A stretch of DNA of 64,000 nt from Podarcis muralis. Its lineage: Eukaryota. Below the pieces are notes generated by a model, which had not been told where the DNA came from, did no database searches, and worked only from the letters and a program-made list of their open reading frames with translations. Where the stretch lies: NCBI RefSeq assembly GCF_964188315.1, contig NC_135661.1:26598001-26662000 (forward strand), given 5' to 3'. Positions within the stretch are counted from its first letter, which is position 1. The number at the start of each line of letters is the position of its first letter. Positions 21,849-33,908 of the stretch are shown piece by piece. The position numbers were made by a program, and so were the translations under genes.

Positions 21849-23187
21849 TAAATACAACCAGAGCATCAGATGGAGGAGCTCACAGCCCTAACACCCCAAC
21901 AGATTAAAACCACGCTCAAGGAGGCTTACAACATGAAAAGATTTACATAACTACAAAAGCAGTCATCAGCAATAAATAAGATACATCAAAAAGTACACAA
22001 CAAGATTGAAACCATTATCACATAAATCGTAGGACCTCATCATAAGGATACAAAAAAAGAATAACATCAGTAACAGCAACAAAAATACTGAACAAAACCA
22101 CCCAAATAATAGTACCTCAGCCCCGTCTGTCTATCTGTCCAGCTTCCAGCATCAGCCCAACTCCAGCCCTCAACTCTCTCCTTGGCTTGCTGCTCTTCAG
22201 CCAGCCAGGTGAGGTGGGAAAAGGCCCGTCCATTTATCTCTATGGCAATAGAGCCACCTCTTTTGATATGACAAATAGCGGTACTTAACTGGCCATTACC
22301 CTAACTGAAAAACTGGTTTGGCTGGTTTAGCAGCCTTTTCTACTGAGTTCTAAGCATCTGGACTGACTCCCCAAACTCAGGAGAGGGAGGGAGGTTAGTA
22401 AAGCAAAGAAAGAGGTGAGTGAGGAGAGGAAGGAAGAGAAAGGAAAGAAAGATTCTCTCCCTGAAGAATAGCCCATGGAGTACAATGAGTTATTCCCCAC
22501 TTCCACAGCCATTACCTTCAGCAAGCGCCACCTCCTGCTCTGATTTGAATTCCAGACTTTTGTACTGTGTACATTTCCCTCTCCCTGCCGAATACCCCTT
22601 CCCTTAAAAGCTACAGCTTTTAAGACAGGCTAAAGCCCCTGGACCTCTCTTTACATTAGCCGCTGCAGTTCAACAGGATTAGTTCCTTCTCTGGAAAGAG
22701 GACTCTGTATGTTTCTTGGAGTGCTTCCAGGCAAACTGTTTTCTCCTGTGTACACTCCATAGATGTAAAGCACACACACACCAAGAATCCTGGGAACTTT
22801 AGTTTATCTATCACAGGGCTACAATTCCTATCACCCTTAATATGGCAGAATTTGTTCATTTTTTTTTAAAAAAGGACATACTTTAAATGCATGCTGTGTA
22901 TGCAGAATACTGGCTATTTAATGAGCTTTAATTGCACTTGAATTTGCCACTTTGAGATTGAATCCCGCCCAAAAAGAGGGACTGTCTGGAAAGCAGTATC
23001 AGCAGCCTGTTGTTGTTGTTGTTGTTGCTATATTTGTACCTCACCCATCTGACTGGGTTGCCCCAGCCACTTTGGGCAACTTCCAACAGATATAAAAATA
23101 TAACAAAATATCAAACATTAAAAACTTCCTGATAGAGTGCTGTCTTTAGATGTCTTTTAAAAGTCATGTATTTATCTCTTTGACATC

Positions 23188-23816
23188 TTTTTATTACTGT
23201 ATTACTTTTAATTTCTTTTTTCTTTTGACAAAGTAATAATCAAAAATAAATAAGAATAAAAATGTGCACCTCACCACCGAGACCATTCCACTGTAACTAT
23301 CCAACCTCCCAAAATTTCAACACCTCTTCCGATGGTTTGACCCCTTTCCGTTTTAACAGTACAAATTCTATAAACACCTTCCATATCTCCTCAAAATCAT
23401 TTCTCCTGCATATGCCCTGCCTTACCTTAATGAAACATGTTAATTTATCATTAACAGCTATATCCCGCACCTCTTTATATCATTTTTCCATTTTATATTC
23501 TTGCCCCTTCCACTTCCTAGCAACAATGGTGTTTTTTTCTAAAAAAATGTTTAGGGGTACTCTCATTTTCCTACTCATATTGAAATACTGCCCCTCAATG
23601 AGGCCAAACTTAGATTCACAAAATGTTTAGGGGTATGCGTACCCCTGCGTCCTCCCAGGAAAAAAGCACTGCTTAGCTATAATAATTCGTGCAGCTGTCA
23701 ATAAATTTGTGAGCAAGTTCTTCATAGCCTGCGAACCTTCCACCCCATCGTAAATTGATAATAATGCTACCTCTGGACTTTCAGTCAGCTTTAACCCAGT
23801 GATTTCTGTTATCTCC
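23188..23816 (-). mobile_element. 5'-truncated L1 inside an L2 remnant, containing a MITE (23524-23671)
   Basis: TSD atctctttgacatc/atctccttgacatc; poly(T) at the left end; ORF2 C-terminal motif LLTAARIIIAK. Confidence 0.75.
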
Positions 23817-23894
23817 ATCTCCTTGACATCTGATGGGAGGGTGTTCCATAAGGCTACCGAAAGGCTGTCTGCCAAACCACCCATGCAACATCTG

Positions 23895-23929
<35 letters not shown>

Positions 23930-25146
23930 CCAGAGACCATGCAATACACTACAGACACCTGAGGCGCTAGGTTACATCACTCCTTTCTGGGCAACCATCT
24001 ATAGAACATTATTCCCTCCTCGTTAAACAAGCAAGTGGGTGAATTAGCCAATGGAAACTGAGGCTGCCTCCAGATGTAGTAGAATGTTGCACATTGCGGA
24101 ATATGTTCTTTGCAGTGTCTGAAAAACTTTGTCATCAAAATCCCCTTTAGAAAATGGGCTCCAGTCCTCATGGTTCAAAACAAAGGGGCTGATTTAAATA
24201 GGAGCAGAAGAAGAAGCCTACAGCATTGCTCCATCTAACCCAGTGTTGACAGACAGTGGCTCTGCAGGATTCAGGCAGGGAAACTCTCCCATCCCTATCT
24301 GGAGATAAGAGAATTGAAGCTGAGACCTTTTGTGGGTGAAGGAGACACTCTGCCACTGAGACAGCAATCCCTTGAAAGGGGCACATCTTAATTCAGCGAT
24401 GCAGTTTTCCAAGCAAACAAGGTTTACAGAAATTTATAGATGGGTACTTTCCAACATCTTGAGTCCCCAAACCGGAACTCGCATCTTCCTATTCAACCTG
24501 CACAAGATCACAGAGCCCCCAAAATGTGCTTTTTTTCAGGCTGTGCTCTCACGGTGCACAAAAATGCATGTTTTGAGGCGTCAAATGAGATTGTGGCCCT
24601 GCATGAGAGTGTGGCCCCGAAAGAGTGCTTTTTCAAGACAAAATGTTGGGGTGAAATCATGTGAGACTACAGCACTCAAAATGGAGATATAGTACAGGCA
24701 TCCTGCCCCACCCCCAATACTGGGGTTACATTCCGGCCCCTCGTGTGCATAAGTAAAATCTCATAAAGTGGGGAGCACCCTCTAAGAAGGCTCTGAATGC
24801 CTATTCTTCCCTGCTCTTCAGTTCTATCAACAATCCAGACCAAAATATCTAGAGTTGAATCTCATGGGCTGGCTGGAGGCTGGAGACCATGCGGTTGTTG
24901 TTGCTGCTGCTGCTGCTGCTGTGCTACCCCAGGCGCCGGCTATTAGGCAGGGAGGCTGAGCAGCATAAACAAAGCCCCACTGAGCCTCTGGTCTCTTTGG
25001 GGCTTTCTCCACCCTCAATGACAAAGACAATCCTCTTTGGGTTCTGGGGAGGGTCTCTATGTGAGCCATAAGGACTCTCCAGCTCTCTCCCACCATTTCT
25101 TGGTATGATTCTATTTATTCATTAATTTTCAGGTGTCATGTGTATA

Positions 25147-25376
25147 CAGTGGTACCTTGGGTTAAGAACTAAATTCATTCTGGAGGTCCGTTCTTAACCT
25201 AAAACTGTTCTTAACCTGAGGTACCACTTTAGCTAATGGGGCCTCCCACTGCCGCCGCGCCGCCGCCACTGCACAATTTCTGTTCTCCATCCTGAAGCAA
25301 AGTTCTTAACCCGAGGTACTATTTCTGGGTTAGCGGAGTCTGTAACCTGAAGCGTCTGTAACCTGAGGTACCACTG
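25147..25376. mobile_element. Mariner-type MITE
   Basis: TA-flanked TIRs; same family as the MITE at 569. Confidence 0.9.
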
Positions 25377-26115
25377 TACACGATCGTGCATGAATAGAAC
25401 ATGTGTAAGGGGTGGGGGGGTGCCTGTTCTCTAATGCAGGGATGAAGGATCTGTCTAGACATGTCTAGAAGTGTCTGTCACTGTTGGAGTTTTACTCCCC
25501 AGCCAGCATAGCCAATGCTCAGGGATAATATGGGATGTCCTTCCACCTATGGGGCTGAAGGATGGGTGCATTTCAGTTTGCTCCTTCTTCCAAAAAGTGC
25601 TGGTTAAACAGGCTTGCTTTTAGAGGTGAACTGACATCGATTGCTGCCCCATTCCCTGGCCTTGACCCTGAGTGCTATATTTAGGCCATGTTTCAAGGCT
25701 GTAGCCCTCCTTGCAAAATCACTCCACCTGCAGGGTTCCCAAAAGGTGACAAGAATTCCTCGATAGTTTCTGTTTCGTTGCTGAGCTCGGCAAGGTCGTG
25801 GCACACCTCCCTTTCCTTGTAGATAAGAAAGTCCCATCATGTGTTATGTTTCCCCTGACCCTCTACCAGTGGTGTAGCGTGGGGTGCCAGCACCCGGGGA
25901 AAGACGTGAAAGGGATGGGAGCGTCACCATGGGGTTGCCATGGGTCCTCCTCCCCCATTTTTAGTGCAAGCTACGAGATGCAGGCTTTCTCGGGAGGTGC
26001 AGGACATAGATTCTCAACCGTAGCCCCTCTGTTGTCAGCCTGCTCTTGCCCAGGCTCCAGAATGCTCAACAGACACACACCCAATCTTCAGTACACACCA
26101 AAGCTGTGACTTGGG

Positions 26116-26133
26116 TGGGAGAACAAGCAGCTG
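26116..26133 (-). promoter_or_regulatory. Candidate PTF1 site (E-box plus TC-box) of gene C
   Basis: Minus strand CAGCTG-N5-TCTCCCA, about 150 bp upstream of the TATA-like box. Confidence 0.5.
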
Positions 26134-26280
26134 TGGGGGTATTTTGGCACGGCCTTTGGGAGGAAGGCAATGGAAACTTTCTGATTGCTACGTCTCCCAG
26201 TGGCACACAATTAATGCAGACCTTTCCATGCCACTGATAGCATTATCAGCTGGACCTGCCACTGATAAACCCGCCCAGAA

Positions 26281-26286
26281 TATAAG
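26281..26286 (+). promoter_or_regulatory. TATA-like box of gene C
   Basis: TATAAG about 50 bp before the ATG; GATA motifs just upstream. Confidence 0.6.
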
Positions 26287-26334
26287 ACCATTGGATGGAG
26301 AGCAAGACTCTTCTCAACAGAGATGTCCTCAGCC

Positions 26335-26377
26335 ATGATTGCAGTCCTCTTCGCTGCTCTGGCGTTGGCCTACGGGG
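26335..26377 (+). CDS. CELA2A: CELA2-like gene C, exon 1
   Basis: MIAVLFAALALAYG G|gtatgg; an in-frame upstream ATG lies at 26323. Confidence 0.9.
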
Positions 26378-27065
26378 GTATGGGTCGAACACAGGATAAA
26401 TAAGAGGATGGAATTGCCTGGTTCATAGCCCTAAGGCATGGAGGTGGCTGGCCTCCACTCCTTTAGATGGCTTTCAGAAAAAGAGTATCTAGATTATGAA
26501 TGAAGGACAGCTCAGCCAAGTGTTTACTGGCCAGGACAGCAACAGAATTTCCACATGCAGAGGCATTCTCAGAGGGTCTGATACCAGGAACAAACCACGG
26601 GGTTTATCTCATTTATTCAGGCTCCTTAGGGGCCTGGAGACACATCACTGGACAGATGGACCTCTGGTCAGAATCTGCAAAGCAAGTGGTGTGTTTGAAT
26701 GGGAACCCTGGAGAGCAGGTCAGACTAGACCGTCCTTGGCGGGGTGGGGAGGTGCTCTCAAAATGCAGCGCAGAGAAGCGGCAACTCAAAACCCAGCCAG
26801 GAGCGATTATGGTCTAGCAATGAAGAGTGAGCACCATTGTTAACAGCAGCAGAGTAGGATTTTTTTTACAGGCTGCTAATATGCTGTTTGAAACTGCTCT
26901 GCACTTGTCAAGCAGATAAACAGTGATGTGGTTTTTTTAAAGACATCTGAAGAAAGCCCTGTTCAGGGAAGTTTTTAGTTTGTGAGGTTGTATTGTGCTA
27001 TTTCTACTTTTTGTTGGGAGCTGCCCAGAGTGCCCGAGGCAACCCAGTCAGATGGGCTGCATATA

Positions 27066-27066
27066 A

Positions 27067-27112
<46 letters not shown>
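27066..27112. repeat. (TTA)n tail of an L2-like fragment in gene C intron 1
   Basis: TTA run preceded by ctgcccagag...cagatggg; absent from the homologous intron of gene A. Confidence 0.75.
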
Positions 27113-27113
<1 letters not shown>

Positions 27114-27710
27114 GCTCATGCAAGCCTCAAAACAAGATGCACAATCGATTCTACCAGGAGATGTGGAAAACCTCTCCCGGTGCTTTTCTGATATGTAGCA
27201 GGCACTGAAAGCCATTTTGTGGGCACTGTGTGCAGATATGGTGGGGTGGGGAGGGGTCTGCATTTCCAACTCACCCAGGCTGCATACGCAAAATAGCTTT
27301 GAAGCTCATTCAGAAAGAGCACGTGCACACACACACACACACACACACACACACCACACACAAAGAGTTCTGGGCATTGTCATTTGTAAGAGTTGTTGGG
27401 AATTGTAATTCCTTGAGGAGTGAACTGCCGTGCCCAGAATTCTTCAAGGGGAGAACGTGGCCTGAAGGTCTAGTGTATGTACACAGCCTGTACAGACTCA
27501 GCAAAAACTCATTTCTTTCACACACACTCTGATTTCCAGTAGCTCAGCCACCACCAACCCCTGAAAGGGGTGGTATTGCGTAGAGTCAAAGAGGGTTCTT
27601 GGAACAATATAGGCGTGCTTAGTTATAGCCTGAGCATTTTGCTCCCTTGAGCATCCTCCATCTGTTGCGCTGAACCTTCCAATAGTGTCTGCACTGTGTC
27701 CTTTTTGCAG

Positions 27711-27799
27711 CCTTCAGTTGTGGGGTCCCGACCTACAAGCCCAATGTAAGCAGAGTTGTTGGAGGGGAGAATGCCCGGCAGAACAGCTGGCCCTGGCAG
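27711..27799 (+). CDS. CELA2A: CELA2-like gene C, exon 2
   Basis: 89 bp; [14 protein letters not shown]|[15 protein letters not shown]. Confidence 0.94.
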
Positions 27800-28387
27800 G
27801 TAAGATACAGCCTTGCAGTCTTGTTGTCCAACTAATCGCCTGTCTCTCAGTATTGAAAAAGATTCCTTCCTTTGGCTTTCCATCATGGACTATTTTCCCG
27901 AGGATTGGGTGGGGGGTGGGGGTTAGGGTTAGGGTTAGTGTCCCAGCCATCCCAGCTGCCATGTTCTGCTGTGTGCTCAATTTCCAAGTCTCAGAAAAAC
28001 AGGATTATCTCTGTATTTTGTGGTGCCTCCAGAGAAGGGTTGGTTGTGGGGTGGGAGCTCCCATGCATGCCAGAGAAACAGGATTCCACCACAGATTTGA
28101 GAAGTTGACCCTGTAATGAGAGAGGAAACAGCTCCAGGAAGTTGCCCCATCTCCGGTTTGTCAGCTATGAAAATGTAGCAGGTATCAAAGTCAACCTGTC
28201 AAAGGCCAAGTAATGAAAGGAGAAAAAAATCAGAGTCAAAATCATTTATTACAAAATGCACACTCAGAGCATCTGGAAAAGGGTTTCCATGAGCAAACTT
28301 GTTTCGGCTCTGATTTGGGTAGCGTGAAGGGTGGTCCAGGGTTGGGCATCCTTCAAGCTCATCCTGAGACTTGTCTGTCATTCTCAG

Positions 28388-28485
28388 GCTTCCCTTCAAT
28401 ATCTGTCCGGTGGGAATTGGCATCACACATGTGGCGGGTCCCTCATTGCCACCAGCTGGGTCATGACAGCCGCTCACTGTATCAG
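28388..28485 (+). CDS. CELA2A: CELA2-like gene C, exon 3
   Basis: 98 bp; [32 protein letters not shown]. Confidence 0.94.
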
Positions 28486-28589
28486 GTACGTCAGCACCCC
28501 AATAAAACAGCTGCTTCCATTTAAGACTCTGGGATTCTTGGCACTCTGGGAAATTTGGCCACTGCTGGCAGTCTGTGTCCAGTTATGAG

Positions 28590-28980
28590 CACCACAGTTG
28601 GAGAAGGATATTGACAAGATGGGACGTGTGCAGATGAGGGCGACCAAGATGTTCAAAGGCCTGGAAACCAAGCCTTATGAAGAACAGTTGAGGGAGTTGG
28701 GTATGTTTAGCGTGGATAAGAGGAGACTGAGAGAGAATATGACAGCCATCTTCAGATATCTGAAGAGCTGTCACATGGAAAATTTAGCAAGTTTGTATAT
28801 GCTGCTGTTCCAGAGGGTGGGACCCGAACCAATGGATTCAAATGACAATGGACTAAACTTTAAGATGAACTCTCTGATGATAAGAGCTGTTCAACAGTGG
28901 AAAGGACTATCTTCCAGTGTGGTGACTCTCCTTCATTGGGGGTTTTTAAGCAGAGGTTCGATATCCATCTGTCAGGGATT
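28590..28980 (+). mobile_element. CR1 LINE fragment
   Basis: RVQMRATKMFKGLETKPYEEQLRELGMFSVDKRRLR. Confidence 0.85.
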
Positions 28981-29195
28981 CTTTATTGATCCTTGCCTTT
29001 CAGCCTGCCTGGAATACTGAGACAACTGACCTCCCCCTTGCTTAGACCATCACATATTGGTCACTGAGAGAAGAAGATACTGGACTAGTTGGGTCTTTGG
29101 CCTGATGCAACGAGGCTCTTCTTGCTGTTGGCAAAATGAACTGTAGCCCATGAAAGTGTTTGATATGCAAAAAATACTGGCTTGTATCCATAATA

Positions 29196-29420
29196 CAGTG
29201 GTACCTCGGGTTAAGTACTTAATTAGTTCCGGAGGTCTGTTCTTAACCTGAAACTGTTCTTAACCTGAAGCACCTCTTTAGCTAATGGGGCCTCCTGCTG
29301 CTGCCGCGCCGCCGGAGCACGATTTCTGTTCTCATCCTGAAGCAAAGTTCTTAACCCGAGGTACTATTTCTGGGTTAGCGGAGTCTGTAACCTGAAGCGT
29401 ATGTAGCCTGAAGCGTATGT
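29196..29420. mobile_element. Mariner-type MITE lacking its right TIR
   Basis: TA|cagtggtacctcgggttaag...; ends in the internal gtaacctgaagc repeats. Confidence 0.8.
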
Positions 29421-29676
29421 AATTTAATAAGAGCTTGTGGCCCATCTAGTCCAGCATCCTGTTTTCACAGTCGTCAGCAAGCTGGACCCTCAAGTGTTAG
29501 TCCTACTCAGAGAAAGACCCCCTGAAATCAAGGCAGAGGACTCGTTCAGGTCCATTAATTTCAATGTGTCTATTCTAAGTAGAATGTAGTTGGATACAAC
29601 CCGACTCATTTGATTTTTCTTCTTCATTATGCAAAGAAACACTCTCATCCCTCCCTCTTTTTCTCCATTTCTTCAG

Positions 29677-29805
29677 TTCTGGTCGGACTTATCGCGTCTT
29701 CCTTGGAAAGCACAGTCTCTCAGCCAATGAGAGAGGATCAGTTGCCGTTTCCCCATCAAAAATCATTGTTCACCCAAAGTGGGACGCAAGTAGACTTACC
29801 AATGG
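29677..29805 (+). CDS. CELA2A: CELA2-like gene C, exon 4
   Basis: 129 bp; SGRTYRVFLGKHSLSANERGSVAVSPSKIIVHPKWDASRLTNG. Confidence 0.94.
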
Positions 29806-30734
29806 GTAATATAATAGCTTTTCATGAAGCAAGAATAGAAGAAATTATTGTGGCCAACAGTGGTGGTGGTGGTCGTGGTGGAGCAGAGATAAAGTTAATT
29901 TTCTATATTATTATTTTTCAAATCAATTCTAGTATTTGGCATGCCATCAAAGTCATACATTTATTTTTTTCTGAGTAAATCTTGCGTTTTCCATGTGAAA
30001 GCCAGCAGCAGCATTAACAAACTGCGGCTGAATTACTTTTTCTAACCAAGAAAAATGGAACCCCTTAGTCGTTAGCTGATGCATGGTTTAATCCTGCTTT
30101 CTAGCTGCAGGATCATCCCGTGTCTTTACCTGTCCCATGTTTGACATCACATGCAATATCAGGTGTGGGGTAAGGGGTGTGGTTTGAGGGGGGAACAGCC
30201 TCACCAGTAAAAGTTGTGGCGGGTCACATTGAGCCTCTGGGCCAAAAGTCCCCCACCTATTGGCCTGGAGGCTTGTCAGTTAATCCAGAGTTTTTGCATT
30301 AATTTGCCCAAACCCTAGGAAATGTGGAAAAAATCCTGGGCAATTTATCCGGAATCCCCTCGGCACGGTTTTCTAGTTTCCATGCACACCATAAGCCACA
30401 TTCTCACCTTACATTTAAAACCATTATAAGATTTTACCAGTCATGGCTACCGCCCCAAAGAATCCTGGGAACTTTAGTTAGTAAACCCTTGTTCTCCTCA
30501 CAGAGCTACAATTTCTAGAGTGGTTTAACAATCAATCCCTCTTCCCAGTAAACTCTGGGAACTGTAGCTCTGTGAGGGGAATAATGACACCCAGCACCTT
30601 TAGCAAATTGCAGCTCCCAGAATGCTTAGGGGGGAAGCCATGACTGTCTAAAGAGGTATAATAATGCTTTAAATAAACGGATGGATGCGGCCTGCTCTTC
30701 ATGCCCATTTTTCCTCTTTCTCCCTCAAAACCAG

Positions 30735-30871
30735 GAACGATATTGCACTCATCAAACTTTCTCAGCATGTCACCTTGAGCAACAGCATCCAGACGGCTTG
30801 CCTCCCAAAAGCCAACAGTATCTTAGCTGCCAACTATCCTTGCTACGTAACTGGATGGGGAAGGCTGATAA
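30735..30871 (+). CDS. CELA2A: CELA2-like gene C, exon 5
   Basis: 137 bp; [45 protein letters not shown]. Confidence 0.94.
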
Positions 30872-31228
30872 GTAAGTGTTGTGATGGATTTTTTAAATTA
30901 AAAAAATATTATTATTATACTTAATTGCAAGCAGTTTGCGACTCATTGCCCTTTTGAGGAGCATAATGCGCAGCAGTGCAGTGATACACTCAGAAGTGCT
31001 GGGTCCTTTCATGAGAGTCACAGCCATGCCCCCATCTAAGATTATACAGTCATCTTTATAAATATAGAAGAATAAAAACCATGGGTGCATTGCAATAATA
31101 AACAAAGGTCTCCACGTGTTACATTTCAGCTAGATCTGCTATTTTCTGGGCACACTTCTCCTTGGTGTTTCTCCCATGTGATTTCTCCAGGCCAACCCTA
31201 GGAGCCAATCTTCAGTGGCTGACTCACC

Positions 31229-31302
31229 ACCTGGATAGCTCAGTTGGTTAGAGCATGGTACTGATAACACCAAGGTTTCAGGTTCGATCCCCGTAAGGGA
31301 CA
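31229..31302 (+). pseudogene. tRNA-Ile-like sequence (anticodon GAT), probably a SINE head
   Basis: tagctcagttggttagagc...ctGATaa...ggttcgatccccgta; poor acceptor stem; followed by gctgcatattcctg, a SINE-like body. Confidence 0.7.
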
Positions 31303-32137
31303 GCTGCATATTCCTGTATTGCAGAGAGCTGGGCTCTACAATTCTATGAGTCGATTCCTTTCATTCTGATTGGCTCCAATCAGCACCAAGAGTGAGAAGA
31401 CTTCTTCTTAGGTGCTAAAATTCTCCCCTTTCTTGCCCATTTGGCATCTCTAGGTGAAATTCTCATGCGCAAGGAGCAGGGTTTTTGTCACACTCACTTG
31501 ACTTTTGAGGTGGATACGTTTGAGATGTTTGTTCTGCAAACCGTCTGACTCTGCAGTTTTCCCCAGCTCCTCAGGTTTCAATTAGAAGTGCACTGGGAAC
31601 ATCAGGAGGCAACACTTCTCATGGGGCTTTTCTCAGATCAGCAAGCATGGGCAGTCCAGGACAGTGGGCAGGGGTGCCAACTTGAACAAAATATTGGGGA
31701 GGCCCAGGTATGCCCCATTAGAATGGCAATTAGAATGGCAATGCTCATCAACTGTGGGGGCTCCCAGCCCCCTCAAATATTTTATGGTCCCTCAGCCCCT
31801 AGAAGTTGGCTCCTATGGCAGCGGGTGGGGCTGCAGAATCCTGCAGAAATGTTTCCTGGAAAGAAAAGCACTTCCAACACTACCTGCCATCTCGCAACCA
31901 CGAGGTTACAATATAAGCCTCTTTCTATAGTGCTCGGGGGATGAAGACAGGGGAACTACCAGGTAGTTTATAAATCTTCTAAATAAAAATAAAATAAATA
32001 AACACTGCATGCACCAGCTTTCTAAAGTTCCCTGAGAATGAGGCAGAAAACTGGAAGTCTCTTTCACAGGAGAAGAGCACTTTCAAAGAATGGGAGGACT
32101 TTTTTTTTTTTAAGCAAAGCACTAGGACGCCTATTGT

Positions 32138-32520
32138 GGGACATGGGTGGTGCTGTGGTCTAAACCACTGAGCCTCCTGGGCTTGCCGATCAGAAGGTTG
32201 GTGGTCTGAATCTCCACAATGGGGTGAGCTCCCGTTGCTCAGTCCCAGCTCCTGCCAACCTAGCAGTTTGAAAGCATGCCATTGCAAGTAGATAAATAGC
32301 TACTGCTCCGGCGGGAAGGTAAATGGCGTTTCTGTGCGCTGCTCTGGTTTTGGTGCTCCGTTGCTCCAGAAGCGGCTTAGTCATGCTGGCCACATGACCG
32401 GAAAAACTGTCTGTGGACGAACGCCGGCTCCCTCGGCCTGTAAAGCAAGATGAGCACCACAATCCCAGAGTCATCTGTGACTTTGACTTAACTGTCAGGG
32501 GTCCCTTTCCTTTTCCTTTT
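32138..32520 (+). mobile_element. Sauria-type SINE
   Basis: Homologous to the copy at 6943. Confidence 0.85.
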
Positions 32521-32589
32521 CAGGTCGCGTATTAGTTCCTTGCTTGACATTGCTCCATCTCATAACTCTCTTGCTTTGGTCTCTTCTAG

Positions 32590-32735
32590 CAAATGGTCCG
32601 TTGCCAGATATCTTGCAGCAGGGGCGCTTGCTTGTGGTGAATCATGCCACCTGCTCCCAGGCCAGCTGGTGGGGCAGCTCAGTGAAAACCAACATGGTCT
32701 GTGCAGGCGGCGATGGCGTGATCTCCAGCTGCAAC
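32590..32735 (+). CDS. CELA2A: CELA2-like gene C, exon 6
   Basis: 146 bp; [48 protein letters not shown]. Confidence 0.94.
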
Positions 32736-33755
32736 GTGAGTGTGTGCATGCAGGTGTCAGGGTAGGGGCAGCCCAATCCAGTGGCCAGAAACAACACGGC
32801 TTGCAATCGGAAGGAGATGTACCAAAGAACCAGATTTGCAATGCGTGACTCATTCTGGCTTTCACAAGAGATGGAGGCAAAATTCAGCTGGGTTTGCATT
32901 TGAGTCACATTCCCTGGAACAATAATATGAACGATCCTACCAGCTCAAGATAGCCTGCACTGCCTGGCAGCAGCTCCCCAAGCCAGAGGCACAGGGCTGG
33001 ATTTAGGTTTGATGAGGCCCTAAGCTACTGAAGGTAATGGGGCCCCTTTATAGGTCTAGCTGTCCTTTGTCAACAACAAATTGTCGCTGTTTTTTGTCTT
33101 GAATATATGCTATATGGTAATTTATGGACCTAATAGGTATCTAAAGCCACTTGCACATAACAAAACATGTATTTTATCAAAGTAATTGTTGAACTGAAAT
33201 ACAATTAAGAAGTATATTAATAGTGAAATAATTATTAAGCTCTAACTTAAAATGATTTTTTATTCATAACAAACTTGATAATGCAAACACATTGGCATTT
33301 GGCAATAACAAAAGTTCCTTTAGAAACACAATTTACAAAGACTCATAATCTAGTCTCTAGAAACTTGCTATCACATGAAAAAATAATTGTAGGTTTTATT
33401 TTATTTGTTTTTTATCTTATATTTTGGAAATGTACATCCAGTTGTTTTTTCCTTTAAATTTTTTTGGGGTCCCCAAGAGAGTGGAGCCCTAAGCTATAGC
33501 CTGCTTAGCTTATACATGGATTTATGTATAAGCTAAGCAGGCAATGCAGAGAGGTCTTTCCCAGCCCTTCTGGAGCAGCCAGGTGTTGAACCTTCTGCAT
33601 TCAAAGCAGGTGCTCTAAGGACTAAGCCCCAGCCCTTCCCCCAATTATGCCCCTGTACTTTCCCATTCCCCATTCCTCAACGCAGAGCATTCGTGGTGAC
33701 CCAGAGCATCTCCTTCCCCAAAAGCTCCATCAAATTCTGCTTGGCTTGTTTACAG

Positions 33756-33908
33756 GGGGACTCTGGTGGCCCACTCAACTGCCAAAACTCTAGTGGGAAA
33801 TGGGAGGTGCACGGAGTGGTCAGTTTCGGTTCCTCTCTTGGCTGCAACTACTACCGCAAGCCGTCTGTCTTCACGAGGGTCTCCGCCTTCAACGACTGGA
33901 TCGCGCAG
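33756..33908 (+). CDS. CELA2A: CELA2-like gene C, exon 7
   Basis: 153 bp; [51 protein letters not shown]. Confidence 0.95.

Noticed and set aside
26993-27269. Poly-Leu and poly-Ile ORFs
   Set aside because: Translation of the (TTA)n microsatellite
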